Below are positions 19,101-26,449 of a DNA stretch of 30,180 bases, piece after piece. The stretch's first letter is position 1; every line of letters starts with the position of its first letter. The notes under the pieces were generated by a model, which was not told the origin of the DNA, made no database searches, and saw only the letters and a program-made list of their open reading frames with translations. Made by a program: the position numbers and the translations under genes. Source of the stretch: a virus (lineage: Duplodnaviria > Caudoviricetes); the IMG/VR virus record IMGVR_UViG_3300030372_000467, positions 1 to 30,180 of that record; one strand, 5' to 3'.

Positions 19101-20804
19101 ATGGCAAGTGGAAATTTTATGACTTGGAACTCTTTAAAGTATGATAGTAATAGTGGTATTACTTTTAGTGTTGGTAATTGTAAAGTAGAAACAACATCTG
19201 GTTACCCTGTTATACTAACTAATTTTGCTCCTAAAAGTGGTAAATGGTATTGTGAATTTTACCAAAATGCTATGAATGGGTATAATATAATAGGTATACT
19301 ACAACAAGGAACAGAGTTTTATGGTAATGGTTTACCTTATGGCACTAATCAATATTTATACTATTCTCATAATGGAAAAGTAGAAGGAAATGGTAGTAGT
19401 GCTACAAGTTATGGAAATTCTTGGAACTCTGGAAATCCTATTATTGGAGTAGCTTTAGATTTAGATAATGGGAAATTATATTTTTCTAAAGATGGAACTT
19501 GGCAAAATAGTGGTAATCCAGCTACAGGATCAAATCCAGCATTTACAAGCATTAATACAGATGATGGTTATTATATGGCTTTTAGTGATTATGATGGGGG
19601 AAGCACAGCTTGTTCTACTACACTAAACGCTGGTCAAGATTCTAGTTTTGGTGGGGCAAAAACAAGTGGCTCTGCAAACGCAACTGACTCATCTGGATTT
19701 GGTGATTTTTTCTATACTCCACCAGATTCGTTTCTTGCCATGACGAGTGCTAACTTACCCATATCAGATGACATAGACCCTGCACAAACTGATGACAATT
19801 TTCCCCAGAAGCAATTTGACACAGTTCTTTATACTGGTAATGCTAGTACAAATAATATAAGCAATTTAAATTTTAAACCAGATTTAGTGTGGATAAAAAT
19901 AAGAAACACAGGATCAAATGCAGTTCTTGTTGATTCTTCAAGAGGAACAAATAAAATGGTGCATCCTAATAATAATGATGCTGAAGTAACAACTGCAAAT
20001 TTAACATCATTTAATAGTGATGGATTTTCTTTAGATGGTACTTCTAGTTATCTAGCTAATTATAATGGTAATAGTAATACTTATGTTGCATGGTGTTGGA
20101 GAGCAAATGGAGGAACAACAGCTAGTAATTCAGATGGCTCAATAACTTCTACAGTACAAGCAAATACAAAAGCTGGATTTAGTATTATAACTTTCACTTC
20201 TCCAAACAGTAGTTCTGATCAGACTGTCGGTCATTCTCTTACGAAAGCTCCAGAGTTCATAATAGCAAAAAATAGAGATTCAAGTTACAACTGGGATTGT
20301 TTTCATATTGGATTAGATGATACTACAAAGGGATTACGATTAAATACAAGTGAAACTCCTTTATCTGGAAGGTGGGGAACTGTAAATTCATCTATAATAA
20401 CTACAAAAAATGCTTATACTCATGTAGGAACTGATAAATACGTTTTCTATGCGTGGCATTCAGTTGAAGGGTATAGTTCCTTTGGAAAATTTGAAGGCAA
20501 CTCAAATACAGACGGACCTATGATTGTAACCAATTTTCGTCCTCGTTTAGTTTTTTGTAAGTCAATAGATGCTTCAGAAAATTGGCAAGTAAGAGATACT
20601 GCTAGGTCAACCTTTAATGCTGACTCTCAAGTTAGAATTTATTGGAACTCAGATGGAGCAGAAGGTTCATCATCAACTGCAAGTCCTATCGATTTTCTTA
20701 GTAATGGTTTCAAGGTTAGGGGTTCTAATTCAGAAATTAATAGTAATACAATAATTTATGGAGCTTGGGGTGACGTTCCATTCAAATATAACAATACTTT
20801 TTAG
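19101..20804 (+). CDS. SPRY-like and beta-repeat receptor-binding/fibre protein
   Basis: SGKWYCEF, IIGVALDLDNGKLYFSKDG (SPRY), YTGN..FKPDLVWIK, YVAWCW, IDFLSNGFKVR. Confidence 0.8.
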   Translation: MASGNFMTWNSLKYDSNSGITFSVGNCKVETTSGYPVILTNFAPKSGKWYCEFYQNAMNGYNIIGILQQGTEFYGNGLPYGTNQYLYYSHNGKVEGNGSSATSYGNSWNSGNPIIGVALDLDNGKLYFSKDGTWQNSGNPATGSNPAFTSINTDDGYYMAFSDYDGGSTACSTTLNAGQDSSFGGAKTSGSANATDSSGFGDFFYTPPDSFLAMTSANLPISDDIDPAQTDDNFPQKQFDTVLYTGNASTNNISNLNFKPDLVWIKIRNTGSNAVLVDSSRGTNKMVHPNNNDAEVTTANLTSFNSDGFSLDGTSSYLANYNGNSNTYVAWCWRANGGTTASNSDGSITSTVQANTKAGFSIITFTSPNSSSDQTVGHSLTKAPEFIIAKNRDSSYNWDCFHIGLDDTTKGLRLNTSETPLSGRWGTVNSSIITTKNAYTHVGTDKYVFYAWHSVEGYSSFGKFEGNSNTDGPMIVTNFRPRLVFCKSIDASENWQVRDTARSTFNADSQVRIYWNSDGAEGSSSTASPIDFLSNGFKVRGSNSEINSNTIIYGAWGDVPFKYNNTF

Positions 20805-20815
20805 GAGGTGATAAT

Positions 20816-21460
20816 ATGTGGGGATTAGTAAAAGATAACAAAGTAGAGGAGATTATTAGATTTCCTAGAACTTTTATAGATACAGAAAATAATATAAAAC
20901 ACCCAAGAACAATATTTAATACATGGACTTGGGAACAACTGAACACAATAGGACTATATGAGGTTGTAGATAGTGGAACTAAAGGAATAGATAATTTTGA
21001 ATATACATCTCAAGCAACTTATACTTTTAGTACAAAAAATAAAAATATTACTACCAGCTACACAATTACAGAAAAAGCATTAGATGATAGTGAAGCAAAA
21101 GATGAAGATGGTAAAAATATTTTAGATGCAGATGGAAACAAAGTAATTAATTATGGTTTGAAAACACAAGCTATAGAACAAACTAAAAAAACAGCAAATA
21201 GCCTTATAAGTCGTTTCAATTGGCTTGTAGAGAGATCAATATATGATAGTAGTAAAACCATTCCAGATGCAGTCAAAAGCTATGTAGCGTCTATCAGAGC
21301 CGATTCTGATGCGATAGAAACAGCTATCAATGGTGCTACAACAATGAAAAAATTTAAAGCGTTGTATGATGATATATATAACGAAGATGGAACAATTAAA
21401 ACCCAAAACAGAATGGGAAGGTGGACAGATGATAAAACAGTTAAAGAATATCTTAGGTAA
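20816..21460 (+). CDS. Fibre-associated hypothetical protein
   Basis: SD AGGAGG; follows fibre genes; GLK...WLVER motif. Confidence 0.65.
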   Translation: MWGLVKDNKVEEIIRFPRTFIDTENNIKHPRTIFNTWTWEQLNTIGLYEVVDSGTKGIDNFEYTSQATYTFSTKNKNITTSYTITEKALDDSEAKDEDGKNILDADGNKVINYGLKTQAIEQTKKTANSLISRFNWLVERSIYDSSKTIPDAVKSYVASIRADSDAIETAINGATTMKKFKALYDDIYNEDGTIKTQNRMGRWTDDKTVKEYLR

Positions 21461-21527
21461 AATTAAAAATTTATTTAAAAGAAAAAAGAAAAAAAGAGGT
21501 AGACCAGCAAAGTTCAGGAGTTTTTAA
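21429..21527 (+). CDS. 32-aa basic peptide with AT-hook-like motif (not in ORF track)
   Basis: MIKQLKNILGKIKNLFKRKKKKRGRPAKFRSF; its TAA overlaps the next ATG. Confidence 0.55.
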   Translation: MIKQLKNILGKIKNLFKRKKKKRGRPAKFRSF

Positions 21528-21763
21528 TGACTATAGACCCTTTTCTAGTTTGGAATATAGTATTATCTTTTATTGTAGTACCTTTTGGGTGGGCGTTTGG
21601 AAAAATGTTTGCAGAGGTAAAAAGATTGCAAATTCTTTTAAATAGAACTAGAGAAGATTATGCAACTAAGTCAGAACTTAAAAATGAAACAAAGGAGATC
21701 AAAGAACTGGTTATACGCATAGAGCAAAAGCTAGACCGATTTATTGAAAAGAATAATGGTTGA
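21527..21763 (+). CDS. Single-TM coiled-coil membrane protein (possible holin-type or lysis accessory)
   Basis: FLVWNIVLSFIVVPFGWAF followed by coiled coil. Confidence 0.65.
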   Translation: MTIDPFLVWNIVLSFIVVPFGWAFGKMFAEVKRLQILLNRTREDYATKSELKNETKEIKELVIRIEQKLDRFIEKNNG

Positions 21764-22400
21764 ACCAGTATCAGCGATTCTGACGGGAATTGCATTAGTT
21801 AAGAAAAGTGTCGATTTTGTTAAGAGTAATATCAGCACAGCACAAGATATTGGCGATATAATCAGCCACGTTGACAATGCTTTAAATGGACAACAAGAAG
21901 CTATAAAAGAAAGAGAAAAAAAAGGAGCAGACCCGTTTGCTACTGAAAATATTGCGAAAGAAGTGATTGATGTAAAATTAGCTCAAGAACAATTAAATGA
22001 AATGAAGCAAATGATCGACTTCAGATTTGGTCATGGAACGTGGAGTTATATCTTAGAATTAAGAAAGAAAAGACTAGATGCAAAGAAAAAAGCTATCAAA
22101 GAAGAAAAAGCAAAAAGATTAAAGAAAAGACAAGAAATAGAAGAATATGTAAAATACGGAATAATAACAGTAACGATTATATTATTTTTAGGAGTTGCCA
22201 TTGGAATTACTTTTAAATTTTTTGTATCTGTTAATAATAAAGTTTACGCACATGAAATGGAATATGATAATGGAACTTGCCTAGTTTATAATCCTAAATG
22301 GTTTCTTATGTGTATGAATGAAGGAAGAGAATTTGCTGATACTGACTTATATTTAGAGTATAAAAAAAGACAAGATCAATGGGTAACAGAAAATGATTGA
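21756..22400 (+). CDS. Membrane protein, hypothetical
   Basis: Start moved to ATG 21756 (MVEPVS); TM segment YGIITVTIILFLGVAIGITF. Confidence 0.7.
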   Translation: MVEPVSAILTGIALVKKSVDFVKSNISTAQDIGDIISHVDNALNGQQEAIKEREKKGADPFATENIAKEVIDVKLAQEQLNEMKQMIDFRFGHGTWSYILELRKKRLDAKKKAIKEEKAKRLKKRQEIEEYVKYGIITVTIILFLGVAIGITFKFFVSVNNKVYAHEMEYDNGTCLVYNPKWFLMCMNEGREFADTDLYLEYKKRQDQWVTEND

Positions 22401-22430
22401 TAACTTATAAGATGCTTATATAATGCTATA

Positions 22431-22448
22431 GAGATAAATATTTATCTC
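22431..22448. repeat. Perfect 18-bp palindrome
   Basis: GAGATAAATATTTATCTC is its own reverse complement. Confidence 0.85.
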
Positions 22449-22468
22449 ATATTTGTTGTTTTGAGAAT

Positions 22469-22513
22469 GGGGGTTGTGTTATAAATTTCTGGTATGATTT
22501 ATATATAACCCCC
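22469..22513 (+). promoter_or_regulatory. Long RNA hairpin upstream of endolysin
   Basis: GGGGGTTGTGTTATAAATT pairs with GATTTATATATAACCCCC (about 18 bp, 3 G-U pairs, 1 bulge). Confidence 0.6.
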
Positions 22514-22528
22514 TAAAAAGAGATTGAA

Positions 22529-22978
22529 ATGGAACTATCTAAAAACTTTACATTATCTGAATTATGCAAAAGTCAAACAGCAACAAGACACAATATTATA
22601 AATATTCCTACTGAACAGAACATTATTAATAATTTAATAGCAGTATCAAACAATATTCTGCAACCTATAAGAGATAATTATGGAATACCATTTACTCCTA
22701 ACTCTGGTTATAGGTCGCCAGAATTAAATAAACTTCTTGGTTCAAAATCTACCAGCCAACATTGTAAAGGACAAGCAGTAGATGTGGAAGTTCCTACAAT
22801 AAGCAATCAAGAATTAGCAAACTGGTGTAGTGTCCATTTAAATTATGATCAGATTATTTTAGAGTTTTATAAAGAAGGTGAGCCAAGATCAGGCTGGGTT
22901 CATATATCTTTTAATTTAGAAAACAACAGAAAAAAATATTTAACTTTTGACGGAAAACAATATAAGGAAATGAAATAA
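22529..22978 (+). CDS. Endolysin, peptidase M15A (Zn D-Ala-D-Ala peptidase fold)
   Basis: LSKNFTLSEL, SGYRS..LN, SQHCKGQAVD, WVHIS. Confidence 0.9.
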   Translation: MELSKNFTLSELCKSQTATRHNIINIPTEQNIINNLIAVSNNILQPIRDNYGIPFTPNSGYRSPELNKLLGSKSTSQHCKGQAVDVEVPTISNQELANWCSVHLNYDQIILEFYKEGEPRSGWVHISFNLENNRKKYLTFDGKQYKEMK

Positions 22979-23373
22979 TGGCAATAACATCTTTAATAGC
23001 ACCAGCTACAAAATTAATTGGTAAATTTGTAAAAGACAAAACTAAACAAATGGAACTGGCTCACGAGATCAGCACAATGGCAGAGAAACACAGTCAAGAG
23101 TTAGCACTAGCACAAATAAAACTGAACACCGAAGAAGCTAAAGGTAACTGGTTTCAATCGTCTTGGCGACCTCTCGTAGGTTGGGTATGCAGTATATCCT
23201 TAATGGTAAACTATATGATCTCACCAATTTGTGCTGGATTTGGTATAACAATACCACAAGCTGACATGAGTGTCATGATGCCTTTGTTACTTGGATTGCT
23301 AGGAATTGGTGGTTTACGCAGTTTAGACAAAATAAAAAAAGTAGACACTAAAGGAAGTGTAGGTAAAAAATAG
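22978..23373 (+). CDS. Holin (GTA-type 3TM family)
   Basis: EAK...WRPLVGWVC, LLGLLGIGGLRSLDK. Confidence 0.88.
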   Translation: MAITSLIAPATKLIGKFVKDKTKQMELAHEISTMAEKHSQELALAQIKLNTEEAKGNWFQSSWRPLVGWVCSISLMVNYMISPICAGFGITIPQADMSVMMPLLLGLLGIGGLRSLDKIKKVDTKGSVGKK

Positions 23374-23539
23374 AAAAAGAAAAAAATGAAATACAAGATA
23401 TATATACAGATGAGAAACTATTAGGAACAGATAATGCGTGGAGTGATAAAGATAAAGTAGAAACAAAAAAAGAAAATAAAAAAACTTTTTATGATGAATT
23501 TAATTATGTATACTACAACAAAAAATAAAGGAGATTACT

Positions 23540-23635
23540 ATGCCATATCATTATGGAAAAGGAACACAATCAAAAGGAATGAAGAAAAAAGGTAAAAAGA
23601 AGAAAAAAAATAAAATGAACAAAAAGAGAAAATAA
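23540..23635 (+). CDS. 31-aa Lys-rich peptide (not in ORF track)
   Basis: SD AAGGAG; MPYHYGKGTQSKGMKKKGKKKKKNKMNKKRK; TAATG coupling to next gene. Confidence 0.7.
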   Translation: MPYHYGKGTQSKGMKKKGKKKKKNKMNKKRK

Positions 23636-23817
23636 TGGTTAAAGTTGCATCAATAAAAAATATCATTAAGGATTTAAAACCTAGACAACAAAAAACTATG
23701 CGATCACACGCTAGACATCATAGTTTGAAACACATGAGGGCTATGGCTAATGCAATGAAAAAAGGTGCAACCTTTAGAACCGCCCACCTAAGAGCAATGA
23801 GGACACAAGGAAAATGA
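23635..23817 (+). CDS. Basic His-containing small protein
   Basis: RQQKTM..HARHHSLKHM..M...MKKG.TF..AH..A motif. Confidence 0.75.
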   Translation: MVKVASIKNIIKDLKPRQQKTMRSHARHHSLKHMRAMANAMKKGATFRTAHLRAMRTQGK

Positions 23818-23951
23818 CTGGGTTTACTACCACTACAACTATATCAGAACTAATAGATAAACGCCCTATTAGAAAAAGAAAACGCAAGAGTTTCAGAACA
23901 ACAAATAAAAAAGTATTGAAAGCTAAACAAAAACTTTTAAGACTTTCATAA
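23814..23951 (+). CDS. 45-aa basic protein (not in ORF track)
   Basis: ATGA overlap; MTGFTTTTTISELIDKRPIRKRKRKSFRTTNKKVLKAKQKLLRLS. Confidence 0.65.
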   Translation: MTGFTTTTTISELIDKRPIRKRKRKSFRTTNKKVLKAKQKLLRLS

Positions 23952-23964
23952 TACTTTTCTCCTT

Positions 23965-24006
23965 AAAAAAACCCTAGCCTTAGAGCAAAGCTAGGGTTAT
24001 CTCTTT
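23965..24006. terminator. Hairpin terminator at the late/early boundary, possibly bidirectional
   Basis: AACCCTAGC (23970-23978) pairs with GCTAGGGTT (23990-23998); A-run on the left, T-rich on the right. Confidence 0.7.
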
Positions 24007-24020
24007 AAAATTTACATAAT

Positions 24021-24051
24021 TTGACAAAAATATGTCTGAGAAGTGTATTTA
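24021..24051 (+). promoter_or_regulatory. Possible early promoter
   Basis: Perfect TTGACA at 24021; only a weak -10 (TGTATTTA). Confidence 0.35.
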
Positions 24052-24096
24052 GTAGTGAAAGAACATTTTATTAACAATAATTTAAAGGATAAAATT

Positions 24097-24396
24097 ATGA
24101 AATATTTAGTAAATTTATTTATAAAAGAAATAGGATTTTCAGAAGTAATAGATTCTGATTTGGCTACCATTCATGGTATAGATCAAGCTATTGTTATGCA
24201 AGACAAGGCAAAAGCAGTAGATAAAGCAAAAAAACTTTACATAAATAATCTAGTAAAACGAATAGAAAGTAATAGTGGTAGAAATCTTTTTAAAGCAATA
24301 AAGGTAATTCCTATTTACACAACTGTTTTAGAAAATACAGATTGTGAAGTAGTAGATTATTCTGATTATATATATAAAAAACCTACTGTGTCTTAA
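24097..24396 (+). CDS. Hypothetical early protein
   Basis: ATG 24097 after AAGGA. Confidence 0.7.
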   Translation: MKYLVNLFIKEIGFSEVIDSDLATIHGIDQAIVMQDKAKAVDKAKKLYINNLVKRIESNSGRNLFKAIKVIPIYTTVLENTDCEVVDYSDYIYKKPTVS

Positions 24397-24439
24397 ATAT
24401 CACACTTAAAATTATTTTATAATATTGTTAAAATAAATA

Positions 24440-24469
24440 TTGCATAACCTAAAAAAACTGCTAGGTTAT
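24440..24469 (+). promoter_or_regulatory. Promoter overlapped by an inverted-repeat operator
   Basis: TTGCAT, N16, TAGGTT with TG extension; ATAACCTA (24444-24451), N10, TAGGTTAT (24462-24469). Confidence 0.55.
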
Positions 24470-24515
24470 TAATATGATTAATAATAATAATAATAATAAT
24501 AACAAGGAGAAATTA

Positions 24516-24839
24516 ATGAAAAAAGATTATTACACTATCAAGCATACTTTTGAAGATGGTCATATGTCAGGGTTAACAATGAACATCAAACATTATAAGC
24601 AAAGTAAATATAAGTATCACCACGTTTGCACCAGTAAGGAATTAAAGGAATATTATTTTAAATTAAAAAATATTAATGTTACTTGTCATAAATATGAAAT
24701 GGGGTATTACTTTATTGGCTGTGATGGTTCTAGCAATACTTTAGTTGCACACGCTATGAACTTAAGCAATAAAAGATATTGTTTTTATATCTTAAAAGAA
24801 CTATTAGAAAACAATTCTAACAATCAGAAGAGTGCTTAA
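24516..24839 (+). CDS. Hypothetical early protein (His/Cys/Tyr-rich)
   Basis: ATG 24516 after (AAT)n and AAGGAG. Confidence 0.7.
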   Translation: MKKDYYTIKHTFEDGHMSGLTMNIKHYKQSKYKYHHVCTSKELKEYYFKLKNINVTCHKYEMGYYFIGCDGSSNTLVAHAMNLSNKRYCFYILKELLENNSNNQKSA

Positions 24840-24881
24840 TTGCACTCTTCTCTTAATAATAATAAAAAGGAGAAAATAATG
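24827..24881 (+). repeat. Junction element copy 1: stem-loop, CTTAATAATAATAA, SD
   Basis: GAAGAGTGC-TTAATT-GCACTCTTC then CTTAATAATAATAAAAAGGAGAAAATAATG. Confidence 0.8.
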
Positions 24882-25313
24882 AAGTACTATTCAATCGAAC
24901 ATAATAATAAAGAATACGATATATCTAAACCAGATGTTAGCTTTCAACTAAACATAATTCAGAAAGATGATTTAGAAAGGCAACATATAAAATTAGATTT
25001 TCAAAAAAGTCAAATACAACATTTAGAATCACATAAAGAAGAATTAGAATCTGAAAGAGAAATTCTTTTAAGTGATAATGAGCAATATAGAGCAATAATT
25101 ATCAAATTAGTAAAAGCAATAAACAATACTAATTTTAAGGATAATTTAGTAAGAAGAAGTATAAGTGAAAATACTGGTAAATTAAATGTTAAAAATAGAC
25201 ATTATACAGAGTTAAGAAATTTACTAAATGATTTCACATCTAAAATTCCTACTAAGGAATTGATGAAGATTATAGAAAAAGAAGAAGCAGAATATAACAA
25301 GGAGAGTGCTTAA
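24879..25313 (+). CDS. Hypothetical coiled-coil protein
   Basis: ATG 24879 after AAGGAG. Confidence 0.7.
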   Translation: MKYYSIEHNNKEYDISKPDVSFQLNIIQKDDLERQHIKLDFQKSQIQHLESHKEELESEREILLSDNEQYRAIIIKLVKAINNTNFKDNLVRRSISENTGKLNVKNRHYTELRNLLNDFTSKIPTKELMKIIEKEEAEYNKESA

Positions 25314-25353
25314 CAGCACTTTCCTACTTAATAATAATAAGGAGAAATAAATG
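25300..25353 (+). repeat. Junction element copy 2
   Basis: AGGAGAGTGCT-TAAC-AGCACTTTCCT then CTTAATAATAATAAGGAGAAATAAATG. Confidence 0.8.
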
Positions 25354-25641
25354 ACTACACAAACAGAACTACAAAGAGCAAGGCAAATAGTAGAACACAA
25401 TAAAACTTTTATACTAGATGCTATTAGTCATAAATACGCAGAACTTTTCAAACTTATAGAAGATTATCATTTTATTTCTATAGAAGGTACTGAATCAGAA
25501 GAGCAAGAAATATCTATAGAAATTAATTATTTACTACAAGAGTTAAACATAAAAGAAGATGATGCTAGAAATATGTTTGATGAATACCAAGTGCAAGTTG
25601 ATGACTGGAAAAACGCCTGTGGTGAAAGTGAGGATAATTAA
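25351..25641 (+). CDS. Acidic hypothetical protein
   Basis: Strong SD; E/D-rich C-terminal half. Confidence 0.72.
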   Translation: MTTQTELQRARQIVEHNKTFILDAISHKYAELFKLIEDYHFISIEGTESEEQEISIEINYLLQELNIKEDDARNMFDEYQVQVDDWKNACGESEDN

Positions 25642-25809
25642 ATGCAAATAATTAGATTATACGAACATAACAGCAAAGAAACTTTTAAATTAAAAGTAAT
25701 TTCTAAAGATAAAATTTCTTATTATTACAGGCTACATCATGTTAATGATGCCATAGGTCTTTATGATAATTCTATGAACTTAATCAAAGTAATAAAAGGA
25801 GAAATATAA
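25642..25809 (+). CDS. 55-aa hypothetical protein (not in ORF track)
   Basis: ATG directly after the upstream TAA, GAGGA SD; MQIIRLYEH...IKGEI. Confidence 0.62.
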   Translation: MQIIRLYEHNSKETFKLKVISKDKISYYYRLHHVNDAIGLYDNSMNLIKVIKGEI

Positions 25810-25811
25810 TT

Positions 25812-26270
25812 ATGCTCACTAGAAACTTTAAAAAAGGTATTTTACAAAAGTTATTAAATGAAAAGAAAGATGGTAAAAGTATTTTTGCTATGTCTAAAGA
25901 AGTATCTTTTGATAAAAAAACTTTGTACTTAATAAATGAAGGTGGAAGAATTAATACTGTAAAATTTGTTCAAGAGATTTATAAATACTTTGATCTAAAT
26001 AATGAAGAAATAGAAAATTTATATCAAGATATAACTTATGAAAAAATGTCTTATGATGATGCACCTTCTAATGGTAAATATGCAGAAGTTGTAAAAGATT
26101 TAGTTAATGATCAAAACCTGTGCATTGTAGTTGAAGCAAAGAAAATAAAAAATTACATTGCACCATTTAAAAGATACATAAAAAAAAATTATGAAAATTT
26201 GTATAAAGTAAAACAAAAGACTTGCAATGATCAAGCTAGAATATGGATACATAAAAAAGGAGAAATATAA
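25812..26270 (+). CDS. Protein with N-terminal XRE-like HTH
   Basis: GKSIFAMSKEVSFDKKTLYLINEG...VQEIYKYF. Confidence 0.6.
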   Translation: MLTRNFKKGILQKLLNEKKDGKSIFAMSKEVSFDKKTLYLINEGGRINTVKFVQEIYKYFDLNNEEIENLYQDITYEKMSYDDAPSNGKYAEVVKDLVNDQNLCIVVEAKKIKNYIAPFKRYIKKNYENLYKVKQKTCNDQARIWIHKKGEI

Positions 26271-26271
26271 A

Positions 26272-26448
26272 ATGATTGAAACTAGAAAATATTTAAAAAC
26301 TGTTATTGATAGCAATATAGAAGAAAGTGAAAAAGTAAAACTGCTATCTGATTTAATAGAAAATACAATTAGTTATGCTGAAGGTTTAGAGAAAATAAAT
26401 AAAGATTTTCAACAAAGAACAAAAGATATTTTATTTAATAGAGGTTAA
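26272..26448 (+). CDS. Hypothetical protein
   Basis: ATG 26272 after AAGGAG. Confidence 0.62.
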   Translation: MIETRKYLKTVIDSNIEESEKVKLLSDLIENTISYAEGLEKINKDFQQRTKDILFNRG

Positions 26449-26449
26449 T

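Noticed and set aside
17275-21460. Diversity-generating retroelement or invertible segment acting on the fibres
   Set aside because: No reverse transcriptase or invertase, and no template/variable repeat pair noticed
24474-24515. Poly-Asn N-terminus (MINNNNNNNN)
   Set aside because: The (AAT)n tract is a 5' leader; the SD points to ATG 24516. The same logic applies to upstream starts at 8080, 24043, 24840, 26227, 28079 and 28425
24827-25350. CRISPR array or integron attC sites
   Set aside because: Only two clear copies about 470 bp apart, no cas genes or integron integrase, and no GTTRRRY core seen
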